Shown here: piece after piece, positions 14,435 through 22,487 of the stretch | How the letters are laid out: the number at the start of each line of letters is the position of its first letter | How positions within the stretch are numbered: the first letter of the stretch is position 1 | DNA from: a virus | Lineage: Duplodnaviria; Caudoviricetes | IMG/VR virus record: IMGVR_UViG_3300024219_000013 | Span: 1-33,471 of that record | Strand: one strand, 5' to 3' | DNA: 33,471 nucleotides | The notes under the pieces: generated by a model | What the model saw: the letters and a program-made list of their open reading frames with translations, nothing else | Databases searched by the model: none | Told to the model about the DNA's origin: nothing | Translations under genes and position numbers: made by a program

Positions 14435-16648
14435 ATGGCTCGTCGCCCCAGAGCCGGTGATGCCGCCATTCTGCGCGAGGCGAAAGACAGATTCGAGCGC
14501 TGTGTCGGCTGGGAAAGCGCATGGCGTGAACGCGCGCTGTTCGACACCAAATTCGCCAACGCAGACCCACACAATATGTGGCAGTGGGACACCTCGGTCA
14601 AAGCGGACCGCGGCTCTCGCCCATGCCTGACCTACAACCAGGTGAGGCAACACAATCTGCAGGTGATCAACGACGCCCGGCAGAATAAGGCGCAGATCAA
14701 GGTCACGCCCACAGGGGGGCAAGCGTCCTACGAGGCCGCGCAGGTGTTCAGCGGCATCATCCGGCGCATCGAGTATCAGAGCAAAGCGGTGGATGCGTAT
14801 TCCACGGCCATCTTCCATCAGGTCGAAAGCGGCATCGGCTACGTGCGCGTCGAAACCGACTACGTGGACAACGACTCATTCGATCTGGATCTGTGGATAC
14901 GCCGCATTGCCGACCCGCGCAGTGTCTACATGGACCCCGACTGCAAACTCTATGACAAGTCAGACGCCAATTTCGCGTTCGTGTTCGAGGATATCCCGCG
15001 CGACCGGTACGAAGAGGAATACGGCACCGAGGACAACGCCGCGCCGGCCACGCTCGACCACACCGATGGCTGGAACGACAAGGACCATGTGCGGATCGCG
15101 GAGTATTGGCGGCGCGGCATCGCCAATAGCAAGATCCACCAGCTCCAGGATGGCACGGTGGTGCGGGATGACGACATCCCGGACGACATCCGAGACCAGA
15201 TCGAGCCGCTTATCGTCAAGACGCGCGAGGTCGCAGAGCCGGAAATCGAGTGGTTCAAACTTGCCGGCGACCGGATCATCGACCGCGAGGAATGGCCGGG
15301 GAAATACATTCCCATCGTGCCGTTTCTGGGCGAGGAAACCGTCATCGACGGCGAGATGGACCGCAAGGGCCACACCAGAAGCCAGATCGACGCCCAGCGT
15401 ATCTACAACTACTGGGCCTCGGCGGCCGTGGAGCAGGTCGCGCTGCAGACCAAATCGCCGTATGTCGCGCGCATCGACGCGATCCAGGGCCGCGAGGAGC
15501 AGTGGGCGACGGCGAACGTCAAGAACTGGTCTGTGCTGGTCTACAACGGCCTCGACGAGCGCGGCCAGCCAATCCCGCCGCCAGCCCGCGAGCCGCCACC
15601 GCAGATGGCGCAGGCGTATATACAAGGGATGACGATTGCGCGGCAGGATCTGATGAGCGTCACCGGCCAGTATCAGGCTGAGCTGGGTATGCCGAGCAAC
15701 GAACGCAGCGGCATTGCCATCCAGCAGCGTCAGCGGCAGGGCGATACCGCGACGTACCATTACATCGACAACCAAGCCAAAGCGATCCGGCAAGTCGGCA
15801 GGATATTGCTCGACCTGATACCGCGGATCTACGACACGCGGCGCGTGGTGATGACGCTTGCCGAGGATGGCGAGGAAAACAAGGTCGTGGTGGCGCCGGA
15901 TGCGCCCGAGGCGCACCAGTTCGTCGGTCCGCCGCCACAGCAGCCAAACACTGACGGTGCTCCGGTGCCGCTGACCGGCGGACAGGCGCAGGAGCTGCAA
16001 GAGAATCCCGACACACCGGATCCGAGCGTCATCTTCAACCCGAATGTGGGCAAATACGACGTCGAGGCGGACGTAGGGCCGGCCTATGGCACGCAGCGCC
16101 AGGAAGCGGCGAATGCGTTTGCGGAGATCATGAAACAGAACCCGGCGGCATTTCAGATCGTCGGCGACCTGTGGGCTGAGAACAGCGATTTCCCGAACGC
16201 CGACGAGTTCGCGCGGCGGATGAAACGGGGCCTGCCGCCGCAATACAAGAGCGGCGTGGATCCGCAGGTGCAGCAGGTGACACAGGCCGCGCAGCAGATG
16301 CAGCAACATGCACAGGAACTGCTGCAGAAGGCCGATGCGGAGATTGCTGGATTGAAGGCGCAGGTGGCGCATCAGAAGGAACTGCTGGGCGACAAATCGC
16401 ACTCGCTCGAGATTGACGACTACAAGGCCGAGACGGACAGGCTAAAGGCGGTCGGCGGCATCGACCCGCTGGCGTTGCAGGTGGTTGTGCGGCAGATGGT
16501 GAGCGATATGCTGCAGACCGAGCTACACCCGCAGCTCCAGCAGCACGCGGCGCAGCAGAGCGAGCTACAGGCGGCGATGATGCCGCCGGCACCGGAAGGC
16601 GCGGCAGGCGCCGCACCGCCATCACAGACGCTCCAGGGGCCGGCATGA
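14435..16648 (+). CDS. P22-like portal protein
   Basis: About 740 aa after terL; 'RPCLTYN', 'WPGKYIPIVP', 'DAQRIYNYW', 'SGIAIQQRQRQGD', 'GKYDV....GP.Y.TQRQEA'; Gln-rich C-terminal coiled coil. Confidence 0.93.
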   Translation: MARRPRAGDAAILREAKDRFERCVGWESAWRERALFDTKFANADPHNMWQWDTSVKADRGSRPCLTYNQVRQHNLQVINDARQNKAQIKVTPTGGQASYEAAQVFSGIIRRIEYQSKAVDAYSTAIFHQVESGIGYVRVETDYVDNDSFDLDLWIRRIADPRSVYMDPDCKLYDKSDANFAFVFEDIPRDRYEEEYGTEDNAAPATLDHTDGWNDKDHVRIAEYWRRGIANSKIHQLQDGTVVRDDDIPDDIRDQIEPLIVKTREVAEPEIEWFKLAGDRIIDREEWPGKYIPIVPFLGEETVIDGEMDRKGHTRSQIDAQRIYNYWASAAVEQVALQTKSPYVARIDAIQGREEQWATANVKNWSVLVYNGLDERGQPIPPPAREPPPQMAQAYIQGMTIARQDLMSVTGQYQAELGMPSNERSGIAIQQRQRQGDTATYHYIDNQAKAIRQVGRILLDLIPRIYDTRRVVMTLAEDGEENKVVVAPDAPEAHQFVGPPPQQPNTDGAPVPLTGGQAQELQENPDTPDPSVIFNPNVGKYDVEADVGPAYGTQRQEAANAFAEIMKQNPAAFQIVGDLWAENSDFPNADEFARRMKRGLPPQYKSGVDPQVQQVTQAAQQMQQHAQELLQKADAEIAGLKAQVAHQKELLGDKSHSLEIDDYKAETDRLKAVGGIDPLALQVVVRQMVSDMLQTELHPQLQQHAAQQSELQAAMMPPAPEGAAGAAPPSQTLQGPA

Positions 16649-16905
16649 CCAACATCAGCGACGAGGTTTGCGAGGAGTTCCGCAGGATCGTCCTGGAAGG
16701 CGTCGAACATCCCAGCCTGCGCAGGATACTGGAGCATCTCATTCATAGAGGTGAGATCCAGAGGGCGTGCATCCTCAAAGATATGTACGCTCCGGGTTTT
16801 GCAGACCGGAAAGCGTTTCAGGAGACGGTGGCTCGCCAATACAACGAGGCTTTCAAGCCACACAGATCGTCGCTGAGCTTCCGTTGGGAACCGCCGTCGC
16901 TGTGA
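16645..16905 (+). CDS. Hypothetical protein
   Basis: ATGA overlap with the portal stop. Confidence 0.55.
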   Translation: MTNISDEVCEEFRRIVLEGVEHPSLRRILEHLIHRGEIQRACILKDMYAPGFADRKAFQETVARQYNEAFKPHRSSLSFRWEPPSL

Positions 16906-17093
16906 GCGACACTGACGACACCGTGCTGTCGCATGCTGAGGCGCTGGCCGAAATCCGCCGCCTGCGCGCTCGCATCCTCGAACTAGAGGCACAGGCCGCC
17001 ATTCAGCGCGGCACCCTGGCACAACCCGAAGAGGACGCCCCGGCCAGCATCACGCACGGCCAAGCGCCATCCGCACCACCACACAACGAGTAA
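16902..17093 (+). CDS. Small coiled-coil hypothetical protein
   Basis: GTGA overlap; 'EALAEIRRLRARILELEAQ'. Confidence 0.6.
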   Translation: MSDTDDTVLSHAEALAEIRRLRARILELEAQAAIQRGTLAQPEEDAPASITHGQAPSAPPHNE

Positions 17094-17096
17094 GCC

Positions 17097-17336
17097 ATGA
17101 GCGCCATAGCCAGGGACAGCAGCGACCCCTATCCGTTTATACCGGTAAGGGTCGTAAAGGGCATGGAGCCGTGTCCGTTCTGCGGCTGTACGGCGCTCAG
17201 GTTCTGGAATGGCAACGTGGGCCAGCAAGGGGAAGAACCGTCCTGGTGCGTGACCTGTAACTACTGCACCGCCGATGGGCCGCCTGCCGCCACGCAGGCA
17301 GATGCAATCGCTGTCTGGAATGAACGCCATGTCTGA
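17097..17336 (+). CDS. Lar-family (restriction alleviation-like) zinc-ribbon protein
   Basis: 'EPCPFCG', 'VTCNYC.A.GP', 'AIAVWNER'. Confidence 0.75.
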   Translation: MSAIARDSSDPYPFIPVRVVKGMEPCPFCGCTALRFWNGNVGQQGEEPSWCVTCNYCTADGPPAATQADAIAVWNERHV

Positions 17337-18066
17337 GACCACCGAAGGCACACCGGCCCCCGAGCCGGAACCCACACCCACGCCAGTAGCAGAGCCAACG
17401 CCGACTCCCGAGCCCGAGGCGCCAGAGCAGACGCCGGAGGACGAGCAGAAAGCCGCGCGGGACAAGGAAGATCGCCGCATCGCGCAGCTACGCGCCCGCC
17501 TTGGCGCAGCAGAGCGCGAGCGTGAGGCACAACGCGCTGAACTTGAGGTGTACCGCCGCCAGGCGCAGCAGCAGGCGCCCACCGAGGAAACGCCCGAGCA
17601 GCAGTATCAACGCGTGCGTGCCCAGATTCGCGGCGAGGTCGAGGCGCAACTCCGTCAGGAGGCGTTCCACGCTCAGGGCAATGCGGCGTTTCCCGACTGG
17701 CGCCAGCGCTGCGACGACCTGATGGCGATGGGCGCGGATGCCGGTCTTGCGCAACTGCTGATCGAGATGCCCGAAGGCGTGCGGGTGGCAGCGTCGCTCG
17801 CCTCGGATCCCGACGCGCTGGAGCGCATTGCCAACCTGCGCACCGAGCGCGCGCGGGCCGTGGCGCTGGGCAAATACGCCGCGACGGTCGAGGACACGCC
17901 GCCGTCACGCCTGGCATCTGCGCCGCGGCAGATCACCCAGGCACCAGCACCGGTGCGTCCGGTGACAGGCCGCGCCAACCCGCAGGTCAACGAATACCGG
18001 CTCACCGCACAGCAGCTCGTGGACAAGTACAGCCGCGAGGCCATGGAAGCGCGCAGAAGCCGCTGA
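17329..18066 (+). CDS. Putative scaffolding protein
   Basis: Pro/Glu-rich N-terminus, coiled coil, basic C-terminus; lies between portal and coat. Confidence 0.75.
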   Translation: MSETTEGTPAPEPEPTPTPVAEPTPTPEPEAPEQTPEDEQKAARDKEDRRIAQLRARLGAAEREREAQRAELEVYRRQAQQQAPTEETPEQQYQRVRAQIRGEVEAQLRQEAFHAQGNAAFPDWRQRCDDLMAMGADAGLAQLLIEMPEGVRVAASLASDPDALERIANLRTERARAVALGKYAATVEDTPPSRLASAPRQITQAPAPVRPVTGRANPQVNEYRLTAQQLVDKYSREAMEARRSR

Positions 18067-18491
18067 TGGCGCTTAGGTGGGTGCGGCGGTTCTGGAGATG
18101 GCTGCGACCGGAGCCGCCTCATCATGTCGAGTTCAGCTTCAACCGCTCCGAACTGGCGCTGAGCATTGAGGACTTTTCCAGACAGTATATTGATCCAGCC
18201 ATCGAGATCATGGCCAAGGAACTCGCAGCAAGCCTTTCGATTTCTGAGCCTCTGCCGTGGCACAAACGGGCGGTGGTCGCCGTCCGTCTGCTGTGGCGCT
18301 GGTGGTTTCCTGGGAAACCAAAACCTCGCGAGTTAACCGCCAATGACATTACAGCCAAGGCGTTGGTTATCCTTCACCAGAAGTACAACGTCATTGGCTC
18401 TATGAAGGGCGGCGCGAAAGTTGGCGATGCGATCCGCGTTCGGATGCCCGTTGGATACACGATCCACAACGGCGCAAGACCGCCAGACTAG
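18066..18491 (+). CDS. Permuted partial paralogue of the coat protein with Trp/Arg-rich segments
   Basis: Residues 20-50 align to coat 85-115 and residues 90-133 align to coat 8-60; TGATG coupling to the scaffold gene. Confidence 0.8.
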   Translation: MALRWVRRFWRWLRPEPPHHVEFSFNRSELALSIEDFSRQYIDPAIEIMAKELAASLSISEPLPWHKRAVVAVRLLWRWWFPGKPKPRELTANDITAKALVILHQKYNVIGSMKGGAKVGDAIRVRMPVGYTIHNGARPPD

Positions 18492-18681
18492 CCGTGCCTA
18501 ACCGGTAGCGGATCGGTCAACACCGCGCAGCGTGCCGACACGGGCAGCGGGCCGTAACACCGCGTGACGTGCCTCCACCGTCTGTCAGCGCGGCTATCCC
18601 TCTCATTGCGACAACGGCTTGAACCGGCGCCCTGCATCCACGCGGGCGCCTTCCCTCAATCTGTTGTCGAGGAGCAGGGCA

Positions 18682-19869
18682 ATGCCCGCCACCAACACGC
18701 TACTCACCATCGATATGATCACCGCAAAGGCGCTGGTCATCCTCCATCAAAAATGTAACATAATCGGATCGGTGAATAGGCAATATGATGACAGTTTCGC
18801 AAATAGTGGCGCTAAAATCGGCACCACGCTGCGCATCAGACTGCCGGTGCAATACACCGTCTCCACCACCCCGGCACTCTCGCTGCAAAACACCGTCGAG
18901 CAATACGTCAGCCTGCCGATCACCAACCAGTACCACGCCGACTTCAGCTTCAGCAGCGCTGAGCTAACGCTGAGCATCGACGACTTCTCGGCACGCTACA
19001 TCGAGCCGGCCATCGCCACGCTCGCCGCACGCATGGAAGCCGATTTCGTCAATCAGATGTGGCCGAAAGTGTGGAACCAGGTCGGCACCGCCGCATCGCC
19101 GATGCCATACAAAACCATCCTCCAGGCTCGCAAGCTGCTGCTCGACAACCTCACGCCGCAGTCAAAGCAATGGTTGTTGCGCATTAACACGCAGGACAAC
19201 GTGGATCTGGTCGATACCCTGAAGGGGCTGTTCCAGAGCCAGGAGCAGATCCGGCGCCAATACATCGATGGCGTGATGGGGCTGAGCGGTGGCTTCGAGT
19301 GGGCCGAGAATACCCACCTCACCACACAGACCCGCGGCGCTGAGGCCGGCTACCTCGTTAGCCCGGCATCACAGACCGGCGCCACACTCGCCGTCATCAC
19401 CGGCACCGGCGCAGGCAACGCGGGCGACGTGTTCACCATCACCGGCGTCTATCGCGTGCATCCCGAAACCAAGGTGAACACGGGCGTCCTGCAGCAGTTC
19501 ACGCTGACCTCGGCTTATGCTGGAGGTGCAGGCAACATGGCGATCAGCCCCGCTATCGTCACGTCAGGCCCGACGCAGAACGTCAGCGCCAGCCCGGCCA
19601 ACAACGCACCGATTACCTTCGCCAATACCGCCAGCGTCGCGACCGGGCTGAGTTTAGCATACCACCCAGATGCTTTTACATTCGCCACTGCTGACCTTGT
19701 CATGCCCGGAGGTGTGGACATGGCCTCGCGTGTGGTGAAGGACGGTATCTCCATGAGGGCTGTGCGTCAATATAGCATATCAGACGACACTTTCCCAATC
19801 CGCATAGATGTCTTGTGGGGCTGCGCCGCGTTACGGCCCCAGCTCGCGTGTCGGTTGGTTGCTAATTAG
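18682..19869 (+). CDS. Major capsid protein, P22 coat family
   Basis: 'NTLLTIDMIT..AL..L', 'RQYDDSFA..GAKIG.TLRIRLP', 'FSARYIEPA', 'AGDVFTI.GV..V.P.TK', 'RIDVLWG...LRP'; GAGGAG RBS. Confidence 0.93.
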   Translation: MPATNTLLTIDMITAKALVILHQKCNIIGSVNRQYDDSFANSGAKIGTTLRIRLPVQYTVSTTPALSLQNTVEQYVSLPITNQYHADFSFSSAELTLSIDDFSARYIEPAIATLAARMEADFVNQMWPKVWNQVGTAASPMPYKTILQARKLLLDNLTPQSKQWLLRINTQDNVDLVDTLKGLFQSQEQIRRQYIDGVMGLSGGFEWAENTHLTTQTRGAEAGYLVSPASQTGATLAVITGTGAGNAGDVFTITGVYRVHPETKVNTGVLQQFTLTSAYAGGAGNMAISPAIVTSGPTQNVSASPANNAPITFANTASVATGLSLAYHPDAFTFATADLVMPGGVDMASRVVKDGISMRAVRQYSISDDTFPIRIDVLWGCAALRPQLACRLVAN

Positions 19870-19871
19870 GA

Positions 19872-19930
19872 TTGCTGTTTGCTACTAGGGTAGTTATCAT
19901 GCTCCTTCCTTAAAACAGGAGGGAGCATGA
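19872..19930 (+). promoter_or_regulatory. Candidate sigma70 promoter overlapping an RBS-sequestering hairpin
   Basis: TTGCTG-17bp-TATCAT (19872-19900); 14-bp stem 19897-19910 / 19917-19930 covering AGGAGG and the ATG. Confidence 0.7.
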
Positions 19931-20511
19931 CCTGCATAGTCGAGGGGTGCGGCGCAACTGCGCGAGGGCATGGCTATTGCCTGCGGCACTACACACAGTG
20001 GCGGCGGCACGGTGATCCGCTTCATCAGGAACGGCGCTATTATAAAGGGATGCCGGCAGAAGAGCGGTTCAAAGCCTATGTCCAGAAGGGATTGGGACCG
20101 AAAGCATGCTGGGAATGGACGGGAGGGAAAATGTCCACTGGCTATGGGATGTTTCATCCGACGCCCAGGCAATCGATACTCGCGCATCGCTACGCCTATG
20201 AACAACATCGTGGGCCAATTCCGGCAGGCCAATTTATCTTGCATCACTGCGATAATCGGTCCTGCGTCAATCCTAGGCATTTGTTCTGCGGCGACCAGCA
20301 AGCGAATGTCGATGACATGATCAATAAAGGCCGTGATCGTAAGCAAGGCCGATCTGGCGCCATGAACCACCAAGCCAGAATTACCGAGGAGATTGTGCGA
20401 AAAATTCGCGCATCGTCGATGACCGCCAAGATCCTGGCTAAACGGTATGGGGTGTCAGTGTCCCTGGTCTATGCCGTCAAGCAACGCCGCCTTTGGCAAC
20501 ACATCGAGTAG
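19927..20511 (+). CDS. Free-standing HNH endonuclease
   Basis: 'CWEWTG....GYG', 'AHRYAYE...GPIP', 'LHHCDNRSCVNPRHL..G....N..DM..KGR'; N-terminal CxxxxC/CxxH module; C-terminal HTH. Confidence 0.92.
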   Translation: MTCIVEGCGATARGHGYCLRHYTQWRRHGDPLHQERRYYKGMPAEERFKAYVQKGLGPKACWEWTGGKMSTGYGMFHPTPRQSILAHRYAYEQHRGPIPAGQFILHHCDNRSCVNPRHLFCGDQQANVDDMINKGRDRKQGRSGAMNHQARITEEIVRKIRASSMTAKILAKRYGVSVSLVYAVKQRRLWQHIE

Positions 20512-20523
20512 GAGACAACGCGC

Positions 20524-20898
20524 ATGCCATACGATAGAGGCCCGCAGCTATTCGACCCCGGGCTGATCACCAGCGGTGGCGGCATGTCATACGTCACCGG
20601 CATCACCGCCAGGGCAGGCGGCACACGCGCCGCTGGAACGCCGCTGACAGCCGCCGTCAACCACATCACCGTCTGTGCCACCGCAGCCGACAGCGTGGTC
20701 CTGCCGCCCGCTGTGGGCGGCCAGGAGATGGTGGTGATTAACGGTGGCGCGGCAGCGGCGCAGGTGTTCGCCGCCGTGGGGACATCCGACACGATCAACG
20801 GCGTGGCCGCGGCGACTGGCATTTCGCTGGCTGCCGCTGGCAAGGAAATCTTCGTGTCTCCAGGCCCCGGCCTCTGGTTCGGTATCCTGTCAGCGTAA
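20524..20898 (+). CDS. Putative virion (head decoration-like) protein
   Basis: Ala/Gly/Thr-rich beta protein just after coat and HNH; GGAG RBS. Confidence 0.55.
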   Translation: MPYDRGPQLFDPGLITSGGGMSYVTGITARAGGTRAAGTPLTAAVNHITVCATAADSVVLPPAVGGQEMVVINGGAAAAQVFAAVGTSDTINGVAAATGISLAAAGKEIFVSPGPGLWFGILSA

Positions 20899-20990
20899 CT
20901 CTGCCGAGACTGGTCCCCCCAGTCACTGCAACGCGTGTGGCCCCGAGCGCTTTCTCGGCAGATCGGGGCGCCCCACATGAGGCGTGAGCC

Positions 20991-21752
20991 ATGATTTCGA
21001 CAACCGGTGACCTCATCACGTTCACGCTGCGGGCGTCAGGGATCAACGGCGTCGGCCAGACACCCTTAGCAGAGGATTCCAACACCGGCCTGCAGTATCT
21101 CCGCTGGCTGATGGCAGCATGGCGGCGAAAGCGCTGGATGGTGTGGAACCTGCCGAGCACGGCGCTGATCTCGACCGGCGCCAACAGCTACACCGTCGGT
21201 CCGGGTGGCGACTACAACATCGCCCGTCCGGATAAGATCCACGCCGCCTGGTGCCGCATGCAGCCGTTCGGCGGGCCTAATCCCGTCGATATCCAACTCG
21301 CTATCATCGAGAGCAAAGAGGACTGGGCCGGCGTCAGCATCAAAGACCTGAAGTCGCTGCCGTCCGCCGTGTTCTACGACAGCAGCTTTCCGCTGGGCCG
21401 GGTGCATTTCTGGCCGGTGCCGCCGGCGGCGATCTACGAGATGCACATCGTGTGCAAGGCCGAGCTGCCGACCTACACCACGCTAACCGATCCGCTTGCG
21501 CTGCCGGAGGAATACGAAGAGGCAGCGATGTGGGCGCTGTGCGTCAAGCTGCAGATGTCCTACGGCTTGCCGGCCCGCCCGGATCATGTCGCGGCGATGC
21601 AGGTGGCCATCAACACCATCGAGCTGGCCAACAGCCAGATCCCGCTGCTGAAACTGCCCAACTTCGGCCGCGGCGGTGGTGATGTGAGCAGTTGGGTCGG
21701 GCGCGGGCTTAACCGAGCCTGGGTGGTTGGCGGGGATAGCGTGCTGTCATGA
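20991..21752 (+). CDS. Head-to-tail adaptor (P22 gp4-like)
   Basis: 'TTGDLI...LR..G....GQTP.AED...GL..L..LM..W', 'LPEEYEEA....L..KL...YG'. Confidence 0.75.
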   Translation: MISTTGDLITFTLRASGINGVGQTPLAEDSNTGLQYLRWLMAAWRRKRWMVWNLPSTALISTGANSYTVGPGGDYNIARPDKIHAAWCRMQPFGGPNPVDIQLAIIESKEDWAGVSIKDLKSLPSAVFYDSSFPLGRVHFWPVPPAAIYEMHIVCKAELPTYTTLTDPLALPEEYEEAAMWALCVKLQMSYGLPARPDHVAAMQVAINTIELANSQIPLLKLPNFGRGGGDVSSWVGRGLNRAWVVGGDSVLS

Positions 21753-22483
21753 CCGATAATGCCTATCCATGGGAGACTGGCGATCTGCTGACAGCGGCAG
21801 CGCTCAATGCTGCCATTGCGGCGGCTGCAACGGGCGCGCAGGGGCCTCCAGGTCCGCCGGGGGCAACCGGGCCGGCTGGACCCGCGGGCGCTCCAGGCGC
21901 ACAGGGGCCGCCAGGAACGCCGGGGGCTGGTGGCACCGTCACCAGCGTTGGCACATCCGGCACCGGCATCAGCGGAGGCCCTATCACCGTGGGCGGCGTG
22001 CTGACGGTCTCGTGGAACGGGCCAGCGGTGAACGCACTCGGCACTGGGCTATCGGCTGCAGGCGGCACGCTGGTCACCACGCCGCCAGCCGCCTCTTCGA
22101 TCACCGGCACGCTGACCTATGCACAGCTTCCCGGCGAGGTGCAGCAGGTGCCGATAGCATTCCCGTTCTCGGGTAAGCCGGCGGCGAATGCCAGCGTCTA
22201 CGTGCCGATGCCATGGGCACTGACAGTGCCGGCCAGCCTGGCGGGCACCGTGGCGTATTGCGTCACCAACCCGACCAGTGCCGCGACCTTCACGCTCAAC
22301 CGCATTCGCTCGGGCGCCACGCTGGCGCTGGGCACCGTGCAGATCGGCACCAGCGGTGCGGTGACGCTCGGCGGCGCGGGCGGCTCGCTGGCGATTGGCG
22401 ATGTGCTGCAGCTCACCGCACCGACCGTGCAGGACGCGACGCTCGCCGATTGCGGCATCACCATTCTCACCACGCGGGTGTAG
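21749..22483 (+). CDS. Collagen-like repeat fibre protein
   Basis: About ten Gly-X-Y triplets (GAQGPPGPPGATGPAGPAGAPGAQGPPGTPG) and a beta-rich C-terminal domain. Confidence 0.75.
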   Translation: MTDNAYPWETGDLLTAAALNAAIAAAATGAQGPPGPPGATGPAGPAGAPGAQGPPGTPGAGGTVTSVGTSGTGISGGPITVGGVLTVSWNGPAVNALGTGLSAAGGTLVTTPPAASSITGTLTYAQLPGEVQQVPIAFPFSGKPAANASVYVPMPWALTVPASLAGTVAYCVTNPTSAATFTLNRIRSGATLALGTVQIGTSGAVTLGGAGGSLAIGDVLQLTAPTVQDATLADCGITILTTRV

Positions 22484-22487
22484 CGCG

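Noticed and set aside
14960-16402. 480-aa minus-strand ORF, and the similar 592-aa ORF at 23920..25698
   Set aside because: Antisense shadows of the GC-rich portal and hub genes with no recognisable motifs
18619-18681. Longer TTG start for the coat protein from the ORF track
   Set aside because: The GAGGAG RBS and family N-terminus support ATG at 18682; similar upstream extensions were trimmed for several other ORFs
18066-18860. Mini-coat/coat similarity as a DGR template/variable repeat pair or an assembly duplication
   Set aside because: Differences are mostly synonymous and not adenine-specific, segment order is permuted, and no reverse transcriptase is in the window
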